The notes under the pieces are model-generated. The model had not been told where the DNA came from. It ran no database searches and worked only from the letters and a program-made list of their open reading frames with translations. Positions 1 through 11,369 of a stretch of 62,430 bases of DNA are shown here, piece by piece. How positions within the stretch are numbered: the stretch's first letter is position 1; the number at the start of each line of letters is the position of its first letter. The position numbers were made by a program, and so were the translations under genes. The stretch is from Chara braunii (Eukaryota > Plantae > Charophyceae): NCBI GenBank assembly GCA_003427395.1, contig BFEA01000008.1, positions 3,918,814 to 3,981,243 on the forward strand, given 5' to 3'.

Positions 1-111
1 GGCAGCTAGCGCTGCCATAGCTGTAGCCTAGCATGTGTGTGTGTGAAGTGTGATACTGAGTGTTGCGTGTGGGACATCCAGGGTGATCCAGAGTGCGAGC
101 AGTGAGTTGTG

Positions 112-270
112 TGGGCGCTCAGTCGCCATAGCCAGTTTGAAGAGAACTCTTATGTGGATACGATATCTTGAGTACTGAGTGGGGATTTGGGCGCTCAGTC
201 GCCATAGCCAGTTTGAAGAGAACTCTTATGTGGATACGATATCTTGAGTACTGAGTGGGCGCCTGTCGCC
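112..270. repeat. 76-bp tandem duplication (2 copies + partial third)
   Basis: tgggcgctcagtcgccatagccagtttgaagagaactc...gagtactgagtggg starts at 112 and again at 188. Confidence 0.9.
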
Positions 271-665
271 AATTTGCTGTTTCTCTGTTTGCATACATGA
301 CAAGTTGAATAATCGTAGTGTGATTTCAAGTAATTCAATTACAGACATATAATGGACTGTGAGATATATCAATTAAAGTCAGGAAGGGAGTCCACAGACA
401 GGACTGCAGATACAGATCATCGCAGCGCAGCCGCCAAGCACAGCAAATGAAAGACCTCTTTTTCCTTTTTCCCTTTTTTTTAATGAATGAGATGCTATGC
501 TACTTATCCCAAATAGGACACTGGCCTGTGAATATAAATTCCATTCCGGAAAAAAAATATATATATATATATCGTCAAATAGAAAAAGGCAAGGCTTGGT
601 TTCGACTCTTGAGTGCGAGTTTTTCAAATATTAATATGTTCTGCGCTCTCATACGATGTGAGGGG

Positions 666-697
<32 letters not shown>

Positions 698-1564
698 TGT
701 TCAATGAGATCAGTGGGGGCGTTAGAGTCAGTAAGACTACCACTGCCTCCAGAGTCCAAACCTAATGTTTCCTCAAACATGTCTTTTGCCTGACAGCTGG
801 AATTCGCCCAACCTTATGCGGTAATGACCCCCCCTCCCCCCCCCCCACCAAATTTAAAAAAGGAAAAAAAACACTTTGAAAGAGAAATCTGGACCACTGA
901 CGTACAAAACTTGCAGCTCTCAATGTGCCTGCATAATATTTTCCCCCTTATGGCTAGTATTGGCTACCCCCCGGCTGCCACCTGCGCACTACCAGACTAA
1001 CCTGTCCATTGTTCCTTTCATCCTTTGTATATCACCAGAACAACTTTACTGCAGCCTTAAGTCTTTTGAAACTTGCACGTGCGTGGTGAGGAAGTTTAGG
1101 AGCTGATAAGCTCTACAGAATTTAGAGACAAACTGTGAGATTTGAAAGAAAAAAGGGAGGCTAGAGGGAGAGAAAGGGGGGATCATTTTTTTGTACTGTA
1201 ACAGTCAAACTTTAAGGTTAAAGATTTTCACCGCCAAAGATTTTCACGGCCATGATGAAGGAGCGGCTGGCAGTGCCTGCTTACCAAAAAAAGGGGAGGA
1301 AACTGCTCCTGAGTCACCTTTTTAGTTTGAAATAGGCAACAAAGGACAAAAGTGGCACCAATGTCATTGTTTGAGTTTTTTCGGAATGTGCAAGTTTGTT
1401 TAGCGGGGGGCTTGAAACTGTGGCCTTTTTTTTTCTTGAAGTGGGGGGAACGCACGTTTAGCGGTGGGCCGGTGGCTTTCCCCCCGCCCCCTGTTTCGAG
1501 AACTACTAATGTTGCCTAATATTCCAAATGCTACGTGTGACCCAGGAGGCATTGGTCTCCCCCT

Positions 1565-1569
<5 letters not shown>

Positions 1570-1659
<90 letters not shown>
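1570..1659. repeat. (GA)n microsatellite; representative of many (GA/CT)n, (CA)n, (TA)n, (ATTG)n tracts (e.g. 14737-14882, 15154-15225, 22780-22954, 40894-40960, 49190-49303, 55968-56040)
   Basis: Direct reading of simple repeats. Confidence 0.95.
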
Positions 1660-1662
<3 letters not shown>

Positions 1663-2401
1663 CCTGATATGAAGGAGATGCCAAGGCATCAGGCAAGCTT
1701 GTCCAGGTCATCCTCCAGACCTGCTATTCCTAGCTGAAGCATTTCTTTCTTGACAATGTTTCATTTTTCTGTTTCATAAGCTTAGGGACAGTGGAGTTCT
1801 CTTCCAGCAGCTATAATGGCTGCAGCAAGACTGTACCTGGGACAATGGACCCAGTTTCCAGCGGGTGCTGCTTCGCACCAGTAGACTGAAGCAACCAGCA
1901 GCCCAGCGAGGTTGCACTAGGGGGAGGTGCTCTTATTAATACCTCTTATCACCCTGCCTAGTGGATCTAAGCTGGTATTCCAAAAAAGAAAGAATTTGAA
2001 AGGAAGAAGAAGGGGACTGCATCTGAGGAGGCCTGAGCAGTGAGCACTGAGCACCACAACTATTTGGTGGTCTAAGAGCTTTCTTTTTGGATAAACTGCC
2101 GTCAAGATTCAAGACAATCCCTTTATGAAAAATTATTCCGATACTCGCACATAATGCTACCATTTTATGTCTTGGAAATCTACCTCCCCTGGAAGTCTTA
2201 GAATAACCCTAAAGGGCCTAAAGTTACTCAAGGGCCGCACTGCTGTGCAGTGCCCTTTCGGATAAAAGAGGGGTCAACCCGGTGAAGGACATCATGATTT
2301 CAATTTCGACTTTATAGGCCTGCAGCTCAGCCATCACTCATATCTATGATTGCAATGCAAACTCGCAAAGGCCGCTGCACTTTGAATGTCATTGAGAGAA
2401 A

Positions 2402-3010
2402 GAGAGAAAGGAGAGTCGAAAACGGCCGAGGCACGTTACGATAGATAAAAAAATGTCGAAGCAGTAAGGCGAATGCTCCCTACACGTTTCGGCTGTGTCG
2501 CCGGCACAGCCATCGTCAGGGGAGGTTTGTGCTACCTACTGTTGCCTCTATCTGGTTTAAGTAGTCATTCTCACATCCGGCATCGCCCGTGTTCTGGTGG
2601 TCGAACAACGTGTTTTCCCTGGAATCGTATCGCAGAGGAGAGAGCGAGAGAGAAAGAGGAAGAGTGAGGAGGGAGGAATGGCGGGAAAGAGAGAGAAATC
2701 GGGAGAGGGTTAGGAAAGGCACAGAAGTCAGATTGCAAAAAGAGCGGGAGTTGGGTAGTGGTTGGCATGTTGAAAAAGACGAACAGGAGGCGCGTGGGAG
2801 ATTGGTCAGAGATGGGATGGTGGAATGTAGAAGGGAGCTTACGCCGAGCCGAGGAGAAGATGATGTCATCGCACTATGGCAGAGCCAGGGGAATAGCCAA
2901 ACTCGGATTTCTTGGCGGATCTGGAGATGGGAAGCCGAATCCAAGAGCTTGTCAAAAAATCCGGTGCTGATTTGTCGTTACCTTGCGAATGAGAGGCGCG
3001 GCGGGGTGTC
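2402..3010 (-). repeat. 3' pseudo-LTR of the PLE
   Basis: Highly similar to 9024-9805 apart from a 171-bp deletion; no TG..CA termini, PBS or PPT. Confidence 0.88.
2476..2524 (-). ncRNA. Minimal type I hammerhead ribozyme motif (intact core)
   Basis: Minus strand reads CUCCC-CUGACGA-U-GGCUGUG-ccggcga-CACAGCC-GAAA-CGU-GUA-GGGAG: stem I CUCCC/GGGAG, core CUGANGA, 7-bp stem II, GAAA, short quasi-palindromic stem III, GUA cleavage triplet (predicted cut between 2481 and 2480). Confidence 0.88.
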
Positions 3011-3016
3011 CTTCCT

Positions 3017-6000
3017 CTAAAACGAAGGGTGCCTTCCCTCAAGGCCTTCAGTTAGGATCTGCACCCATCCTTTCCAGCAGTCCCTGTTATTCTGCGAAAA
3101 CTCTCCGGCAGCTTTGAAAAAGGCCTTCCCTGGGAACCCCTTAATTCGAAGTTCCCTCCTTAAGGAAAGCAGAAACAGACCCACCCCTCTGGAGTCTGAG
3201 GAGTGGGTTTGAGCCCTATTCATCTGGCATTTGATCAAACCTACTTTTTGGCTCTTGGGCCCATATGACCAAAAATCCTGTGTAGATAGGAAAACTATAC
3301 CTTCCTCAGTCCAAATGGTATCCTGGTTTTTAAGAGTGGCCTCACATCTGACAGCAGGTGGTGCTGCCTGGCATTCAACTTTGCATCCTAAAATTTGCCA
3401 TTCATCATCTCTAGCATCTGTTCGGCTCAGAGCTAGGTTGGAGTTGTAAATAGAGAGGAAACGTTGGTAAATATCAGGGTTGCCGAGCCCCGGCCCCGGG
3501 GCCCCGGCGGGGGTCCGGGGGTGGGCACCCCCAACCCCGGCTCCAGACCCCCACCCAAAAAAAAAAAATCAAAAAAAAAATCAAAAAAAAAATAAAAAAA
3601 TAGTGGGGGGTGCGCAGCGAGAGCACGCACCATATGGGCTAAACCCCAAAAATGGGGTTTTATGCCCCACCCCGGACCCCCCCNNNNNNNNNNNNNNNNN
3701 NNNNNNNNNNNNNNNNNNNNNNNNNNNNNNNNNNNNNNNNNNNNNNNNNNNNNNNNNNNNNNNNNNNNNNNNNNNNNNNNNNNNNNNNNNNNNNNNNNNN
3801 NNNNNNNNNNNNNNNNNNNNNNNNNNNNNNNNNNNNNNNNNNNNNNNNNNNNNNNNNNNNNNNNNNNNNNNNNNNNNNNNNNNNNNNNNNNNNNNNNNNN
3901 NNNNNNNNNNNNNNNNNNNNNNNNNNNNNNNNNNNNNNNNNNNNNNNNNNNNNNNNNNNNNNNNNNNNNNNNNNNNNNNNNNNNNNNNNNNNNNNNNNNN
4001 NNNNNNNNNNNNNNNNNNNNNNNNNNNNNNNNNNNNNNNNNNNNNNNNNNNNNNNNNNNNNNNNNNNNNNNNNNNNNNNNNNNNNNNNNNNNNNNNNNNN
4101 NNNNNNNNNNNNNNNNNNNNNNNNNNNNNNNNNNNNNNNNNNNNNNNNNNNNNNNNNNNNNNNNNNNNNNNNNNNNNNNNNNNNNNNNNNNNNNNNNNNN
4201 NNNNNNNNNNNNNNNNNNNNNNNNNNNNNNNNNNNNNNNNNNNNNNNNNNNNNNNNNNNNNNNNNNNNNNNNNNNNNNNNNNNNNNNNNNNNNNNNNNNN
4301 NNNNNNNNNNNNNNNNNNNNNNNNNNNNNNNNNNNNNNNNNNNNNNNNNNNNNNNNNNNNNNNNNNNNNNNNNNNNNNNNNNNNNNNNNNNNNNNNNNNN
4401 NNNNNNNNNNNNNNNNNNNNNNCCGAGGGTGAAATCCGTACCCCGGCTTGGGCCCCGGGGATCCCCGCGTGACAACCCTGGTAAATATCCCTAGCCTTGA
4501 GAATGGATAATCTAGAAGTATCGGGTAGGATGATGAAATGAGCGACGTCATCAATCAGTCTTAGTCCGTGAATAAGGCGTTTGTCCTTACCCAGGGATTT
4601 TAGGAAGGAGAATTCGTAGTAGACACATAGGAGACAAGCGAGAGCTGGACTAGACGTTTTCCCCATTGGAATGCCTATTTTTTGTCTAATGATGAGAGTC
4701 GATGCTTTAGAGAATGTATGGTAGAGATCAAACTCAGTAAAAGGAATAATGTCGGAGAATCTAACTCGACACCAACCTAGTTCACCGAAACCTTTACCAA
4801 ATGCAGTACTTTTCCCTGATTTATGAATTCTAATGGAATTGTGACCCTTTTCGGTAAAAAAATCACACAACCATTCAACCGCACAGATGATAGCATCGTG
4901 CGGAAGTTTGGTGAACATATCTTTGATATCGAAGCTTGCAGATAACAGTATGCCTTTGGGAAATTTATCTACCCTCTTGTTCAGAAGTTCTACATGGTTT
5001 TTAAGCAAGCTCGTACTTCTCGAATTAAAATGGCTGGACTCTGGGACCCTCCACAGGAGTCTGTTGATGGCCTTGGAAACAATCCTGCAGGCTCGTACAC
5101 TGGGCTCAGAAAAAGAAGGGGCGATTGGTCTCCATCTAGTCACGTCCTTATGCTTAGGTAGCCCGTAGACATAGCCCAACGAGCCTCGCCGGTTCCATGG
5201 GGCCAAGCGCTGCACCCGGATCAAGTGGAACGCTTCCCTATAAGAGTTCAATATTTCTTGTTCAGATCTCTTATCCACCTCAAAGCCCTCACTGTCCCAA
5301 TATAGCTTAGCTAGAGCCTCATGGTTAATAATTGAGCAGCAGACAAAGGAGTCGCCTATGTTATGGTCGATACGTAAAACGACCAAACCTCTTAGCTTAT
5401 CCTTCCATTCAATAGCGACGTCTTCCAAAACCGTATCACATGCATGGTTAGAAAAACAGGAAGAAATCATTTTGGAACTTCCCACCCAGTCATCGGGACT
5501 AGGAATGTGGGACAAGGCTTCCAACAAAACCCTTTTGATTCTTCCGATGGATTGGGCGGTAGACGGAGAAAGGATGTTCTTGGAATTAGACAAGGGTGGA
5601 GGGAGATGAAAGCAATGTGTCCATCGTTATTACGAGGAAAGAAAGTGTCGCTCCTTTCGCATGAACATAGATTACTGGATTGTTTGGCCATGATCCTATG
5701 GTTGTGCAGCAGATCAGCAACAAATTTGTTTTTAGACCAGACTATTATGAGTCGAGAAATCAGGAAATCAGCCATCAAATTGTCGGAACAGCGTCTCCGT
5801 ATGACTTGTTTTGCCAGGTCGGAGACTAAGGACTCTCGTACTCGATCATCAAAAATAACTTTCACCACAATCGGGGCCAAATAGCGGAACCCACATGCCG
5901 AAGTGAGTGCCCTTCCAACAACACCCTTCAGAATAGTGCGTGATTTCTCCCTATGAAACATCTCAATAGAATTATAGAGTTTAATCAGATGATGCAGGCT

Positions 6001-6934
6001 AGAATGGTGAAGACCAATCCTAGTTCTCGGGACCTGGAGTAGAGATGCTAGAATATTATGTCGTGGCCCGGTCAAGTTCTTCATTCGTCCCAACCTGATA
6101 ATGTAAAAAATCCCCCCTTTCTGAAAATCGTATTTCAGATCCTTCAACAGAAGTTTCTTATCATTAAATTCAATAATAGACCATCCAATCAACCTTTTGA
6201 TTTTTCCCCAGGAGTCAGAAAACAAAGTGTCACCGGTACTAAGTAAGTTCGCATGCACAAACCCATCATCCGAAAACTTGTTCAAAATTTTTGTGATGGA
6301 AAAGGATGGGAAAGAAGGAACCCATGGGTCAGGAAGGGGTAGAGATACGGGTGAGGTGTCCCAATGGACAAACTGATCATCATGCTTCCCTGTTTTCCTC
6401 AAAAACCCATTCCTGCGCAAAAAGACCTTTCTTTCCCTCTGCCCTTTGCGTTGGCGTGGAGTCCTCTTTTTCCTAACGCAGTTAAGTGCCGGAGACCATC
6501 TGGAAATCATAGAGTCTTCCACCTCTCTAATTTCGTCAATCGGTGGGAAGGCGATCGGAATCGCTACATAGCTGAACCAGCCTTTCCATTGAAACCATCG
6601 TCTAAGCTTATGGTTCCTACCATCGTTCGACTGTAGGGACCTTCTGACATGTTCATCCCATCTAACCTTCATGGGCTGAGTAGTGGAACCAATGTACGTA
6701 GCCTTGAACCATGGGTACTAATACGTACACAAAGGGACCATCCCATCCACAGACATCAACACCTTTACTCAGAGAACTCTCCCAATAATGGACAAACTTG
6801 TCAACCAACTGCAGTTGTCCGTGGCAAGTCAGTGTCAAAACAAGGAAACGCATGAGCAAATCGGTTCCCGCTGCCTTCGAGCCTTGCCACCCTTCATTTC
6901 GACGTGGCTTCCTTACTCGTTCAAGACAGATCAA
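3017..6934 (-). pseudogene. PLE ORF2: GIY-YIG endonuclease - CxC linker - reverse transcriptase (frameshifted, interrupted by a hAT insertion)
   Basis: GPFVYVLV / PWFKATYIGSTTQPMKVRWDEH...EVEDSMISRWSPALN (GIY-YIG, frameshift near 6715); NLCSCER..DGHI (CxC, ~5650); YGLPKHKDVTRWRPI, FDIKDMFTKLPH, RQKIGIPMGKTSSPALA, LRLIDDV (RT). Removing 3475-4480 plus one TSD restores KARDIYQRFLSIY...ELRIKGFP...HPSF* ending at 3017. Confidence 0.9.
3475..4480. mobile_element. hAT-type non-autonomous element inserted in the PLE RT (interior mostly gap)
   Basis: TIRs CAGGGTTGCC (3475) / GACAACCCTG (4480); perfect 8-bp TSD GTAAATAT at 3467-3474 and 4481-4488. Confidence 0.85.
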
Positions 6935-6958
6935 GGTAGAAGGCAGAAAGACAGAATA

Positions 6959-8671
6959 TCAGGAGGGATTCTCCTTTTGGGATTCCTCCTCAGATTGAAC
7001 GTCATCTTCATCTTCATATTCTCCGTAAGCATCAATGGCACGCAATCGGGCCAAAGCGGCTGAAGTGATCTTTTTGTTGACGTACTTGATCCGATCTTTT
7101 TTGCACAGCTCTTCGAGCTCATGCTTGGTTTTAGCCATGAGCTCAGTGACCAGGTCCTCGACGAACTTCTTCCTGCCCTCCTGATTGGGGCCTGCAACCG
7201 CAGCCTTCTTACCGCGGTTGATTCTATCAAGCCCCAAACCTAGAGTTCCTTCTTCGTTAATAGAGATACCAGATAACCTTCTCCTTTGCCTGCTACTGGC
7301 AATGGAAGCGAACATCCCGGCCATTCCTGCTGACAATCAGTTACCTGATGGGGTCTCAGATTGATCACCCCTCGTCCTGGATGGACCAGGTTCGGTAGCT
7401 GCGCACGCCCGTCGAGAGACAGGGGGGTGAGGTGCAGGAGGAGGAGGGGGAGGAGGAGGGGAGACAGGGGCAGAGGGTACAGGAGCGGGAGGTACAGGGG
7501 CGGGAAAGGAGGTGTGGGCCGCGGGTGGAGGGACCGTGGCTTGTGGGACTGGGTGATGATGAGGAGGGTTGAGACGTTGAGAAGTGGGTTGTGGCTGATG
7601 AGTGACTGGTGGGGGTGGGGGAGGTTCAGCAGCCGGAGGAGGAGGGGGATGGGGAGGTGGCGCTGCGTGCTGAGGAAGGGCAGTGTTAAGCATAGATAAG
7701 GCTGCACCCTGCTCCTTGATCGTTTTAAGGCAGCTGAGCATCTCCTTGAACAGTAGAGAATGTGCATCATGTGCTCTACGCACATTATCCAAATCCATCC
7801 GAAGCAGACCAGTGTCGAGAGGGGTAACCTCCTCCTCCACCCGCTGCCTGCCGACGGCCTGCTGATGGGGGGCAGGCGTGTTGCCAGTCATGGTCACTTG
7901 ATCCCCCTTCCTGTTATCAGTCACCTCACCAGTCTTACTCGTCTCCCCTTCTTTGGGAGCCTTATCGAATTTTTCCACCTTCTCCCTGTTTTTCTTGCTG
8001 GTATTACCCGCATCGCCTTGCTTCTTAACCTCTATCTCCTCGAATTGTTCTCTAACAAGACGAGCCATCCTGGCTTCACGATCCGCTTCTTTCTTATTCT
8101 CAGCCTCTACACGTCTCTCCTCTTCCTCGCCAGCGAGTCTCGCTTGTTCGTCTCTAATCCGGCGATCTTCTTCTTCACACCTGCGATCTCTCTCCTCCCT
8201 ACGATCGTTCCAAATTTCCCTCAAAATCATTGAGGCTTCGTTATCCGAGCCCACTTCCCTGGGCCTGTTCCATCCGCGTCCATTGGTCCCGATGGAAGCA
8301 TTACGAGGCGGTTGGTATGGTATAATCGCAGTCGAAGTTGATGGCGCAATCGGATTCGAATTCGCCGGTGCAGGTGCCTGAAGTAGTGGCGGTTGCGGTC
8401 CATGAGAAGGAGCAGGAGGAAGGAATGGCGGAGGAGGAAGTGGGAGGGGAGGAGCCGAGGGGAGCGGAGGGGCTGAAGAGAGGGGAGGGGTTGAAGGAGC
8501 ATGAGCAGCGTTATAGATGGGACGCCCTTGCACAAACCCACCATCCTGTCTAGAATGTGTGGCGCCATATCCATCATTGCGAGGGGGGTAGGGGCACCAA
8601 CGGGCGAAATGGCCATACAAACCGCAATTGTAACAGTTACGGTGCCCGCCACCTTGCCCTCCATCTGCCAT
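6959..8671 (-). CDS. PLE ORF1, Gag-like: N-terminal CCHC zinc knuckle, proline-rich tracts, charged coiled coil, C-terminal helical (SAP/HeH-like) segment; one in-frame TGA at 7337-7339
   Basis: CYNCGLYGHFARWC = CX2CX4HX4C; ORF 7337-8671 and ORF 6959-7336 are in the same frame separated by a single TGA; TKHELEELCKKDRIKY..KK..AALARL resembles a helix-extended-helix motif (inference). Confidence 0.75.
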
Positions 8672-9023
8672 GATTGAGAAAGCAAAGGATGAACCCGTGT
8701 GAATGGATTCTCCTTCCTCACACCTGGCTAATCACGTGCTAAGTAAGAAAGAAAGGAGGACAGTGCACAAGGAGAGAAAAATGGGATAAAGCAATCAAAG
8801 ATAGTAGAGCAAAAAAGGAGATAGCGATATGGATTGTCGTACAAGTTGCGCTGCTGATAGATGTCGAACACTTATTGGTCGCCGTATGCTCTTGATTGCC
8901 GCTTGGTTGACGTTGACCACCTGTTGATCGTCGTTGAAGTCCAGTCGATGATGTCCAGTCGAGATGACTAAACTAGCATATCCACCAAACCCGTGAATAG
9001 CACGGTGGTTAAGACGCTCATCC

Positions 9024-9805
9024 GAGAGAAAGGAGAGTCGAAAACGGCCGAGGGCACGTTACCGCCGACTCATAACTCCATAGGCTGGTGATAACCAGAT
9101 CGACGACAGGTATAAACCCAAACATGTCATATCCAACAGAGCACACCAAAGCAAAGAGGTAGAGGATAATGACGACAAGGAAGGAGGGAGGAAAGAAGAC
9201 ACAGTCGTAGCGCAAAAAAAAATGCTTCGTTACGATAGATAAAAAAATGTCGAAGCAGTAAGGCGAATGCTCCCTACATGTTTCGGCTGTGTCGCCGGCA
9301 CAGCCATCGTAAGGGGAGGTTTGCACTACCTACTGTTGCCTCTATATGGTTTAAGTAGTCAATCTCACACCCGGCATCACTCGTGTTCTGGTGGTCGAAC
9401 AACATGTTTTCCCTGGAATCGTATCGCAGAGGAGAGAGCGCGAGAGAAAGAGGAAGAGGGAGGAGGGAGGAAAGGCGGGAAAGGGAGAGAAAGAGGGAGA
9501 GGGTTAGGAAAGGTACAAAAGTCAGAGTGCAAAAAGAGCGGGAGTTGGGTAGTGGTTGGCATGTTGAAAAAGACGAACAGGAGGCGTGTGGGAGATTGGT
9601 TAGAGATGGGATGGTGGAACGTAGAAGGGAGCTTACGGCCGAGCTGAGGTAAAGATGATGTCATCGCACTATGGCAGAGCCAGGGGAATAGCCAAACTCG
9701 GATTTCTTGGCGGATCTGGAGATGGGAAGTCGAATCCAAGAGCTTGTCAAAAAATCTGGTGCCGATTTGTCGTTACCTTGCGAATGAGAGGCGCGGCGGG
9801 ATGTC
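9024..9805 (-). repeat. 5' pseudo-LTR of the PLE
   Basis: Direct repeat of 2402-3010, upstream of ORF1. Confidence 0.88.
9270..9318 (-). ncRNA. Hammerhead ribozyme motif, second copy (core mutated CUUACGA)
   Basis: CUCCC-CUUACGA-U-GGCUGUG-ccggcga-CACAGCC-GAAA-CAU-GUA-GGGAG; stem III is the perfect palindrome ACAUGU; core G5 changed to U. Confidence 0.8.
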
Positions 9806-9881
9806 TTTTTTTTTTTTCTTTTTTTTTTTTTCCTGTCGGTCGTGCCGCGCCGCGCCATGCCGTGCTGCGGCTGGAAAAAAA

Positions 9882-9896
9882 ATGTGTATAAGAGAC

Positions 9897-9898
<2 letters not shown>
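9882..9898 (+). other. Nextera/Tn5 mosaic-end adapter remnant (assembly artefact)
   Basis: ATGTGTATAAGAGACAG next to a gap. Confidence 0.9.
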
Positions 9899-9932
<34 letters not shown>

Positions 9933-10449
9933 NNNNNNNNNNNNNNNNNNNNNNNNNNNNNNNNNNNNNNNNNNNNNNNNNNNNNNNNNNNNNNNNNNNN
10001 NNNNNNNNNNNNNNATACATCTGGGCCATGGGCAATCTGGGGTGTGGTCGAGACATCTCGGCTGTGCCCAATCTGGGGTGTGGCCGAGACACCTTGGCCG
10101 TGGCCCGACCATGGGCCCGATACACCTTTTTTATTTTTTATTTTTATTTTTTTCAACGGCGGCACGGCGCGGCGCAGTGCAACCGACGGGAAAAAAAAAA
10201 AAAAAAAAAGACTTTTTTTTCTCCTTGCCGCCGGGGCGCGGCGCGGCGTGACCGACCTTAAAAAAAAAAAAAAAAAAAAAAAAGGACACAACCGCCTTGA
10301 TGAAACCTCCGCCCTGACACCACCGCCGACCTGCGTTACGAACGCCTTTTCAAACTCAGGCCCTGATACAGTCGCCGAAGGCCTGTTTTTGGTGCCTTTA
10401 GGAACTCAAAACATGCCGCGTCCGCCGTTGTTTCTTATTTTTAGTATTT

Positions 10450-10891
10450 GGGGCTCGTTCGACACTCCTCGGGCGCGTAAAGTCCCCGAGGAATTGTTCG
10501 TTCCACTTATCCTCGGGGTTGTAGTCGGAAAAAAAAAAGTGAAAACACTCCGAAGGAAATTCCTCGGGCTTGGAGGATTCCCCAGCCATTTCTCCCTTTT
10601 GCGAGGTCCCTTGGGCAAAAAGAATCCGCATTTCACGGAGAGGAGCGGGCACACGCGTAGAGAGACATTACAACCAAGAATCTGGATCGTGGCGGCACCC
10701 TATTGGCTGAAGGCCTTAAGCACATTTTTTTTATTTTTTTTTCCTTTTTTCTTTTCTGACATAGCTCCAAGGAAACGTCCTCGGGCGACGTCCCCGAGGA
10801 CAGGTGGAACGAAGGGCCCAAATTTCCTTTTGACTAAAAGGAATTTTTCCTCGGGCTCCGAGGACGCCCCAAGGAGTGTCGAACGAGCCCC
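10450..10891. mobile_element. PIF/Harbinger (Tourist-like) MITE, 442 bp
   Basis: TIRs GGGGCTCGTTCGACACTCCT / AGGAGTGTCGAACGAGCCCC, 3-bp TSD TTT; TIRs and subterminal cctcggg/ttccac motifs match the ends of the 39081-59025 element. Confidence 0.9.
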
Positions 10892-11369
10892 TTTGATTTT
10901 TATTTCACATTTGGTAAAGATTTTGGATGTAACGTTGAGGCAAATGTTGTTCAGTTTATTCTTCTGCATAACATATATTTTTTTCAGATGTTTTGGAATT
11001 TGTTTTAAATTCTTCTTCTTTCTTTTTTTTTGGGTCCGCATTCGACGGAATGGCCGAACACGTCAAGAGGGGGTGCCGAACGTTCGGGCGTTCGGGTTCG
11101 GGCGCTCGGCTCGTCCCAAACGCCGGCAACCCGTGGGGGCTTCTGGCTAACACAAAGACCGAGCATTTTGCCAGTAGCTGCGCCTCCCATCCACTTCCGG
11201 CACCCACCATCCAGTAGCAGGAGTGGCTATGGCCAACACTCTCCCACACACCAGACACAATCCACTCAGGATCAGACCCACACCCGTAGGCGGCGTAGGG
11301 ACCATATGCATCCTCTTACTTGTGAGAGGTAGCTATGCTTAAAGGGGTCCCCTATATGAGCACAATATC

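Larger units (their letters stand above)
2402..9805 (-). mobile_element. Penelope-like retroelement with N-terminal GIY-YIG endonuclease (Chlamys/Naiad-type domain order), two ORFs, direct pseudo-LTRs; decayed copy
   Basis: Direct repeats 9024-9805 and 2402-3010 flank ORF1 (CCHC knuckle) and ORF2 with GIY-YIG, CxC linker and PLE-type RT motifs; ORF2 stop at 3017 abuts the 3' repeat. Confidence 0.9.

Noticed and set aside
1660-2390. Possible coding remnant on the minus strand
   Set aside because: Multiple stops in all frames and no motif I can recognise.
2402-9805. LTR retrotransposon interpretation of the direct repeats plus zinc knuckle
   Set aside because: No TG..CA ends, PBS, PPT, protease or integrase; the RT motifs and GIY-YIG are PLE-type.
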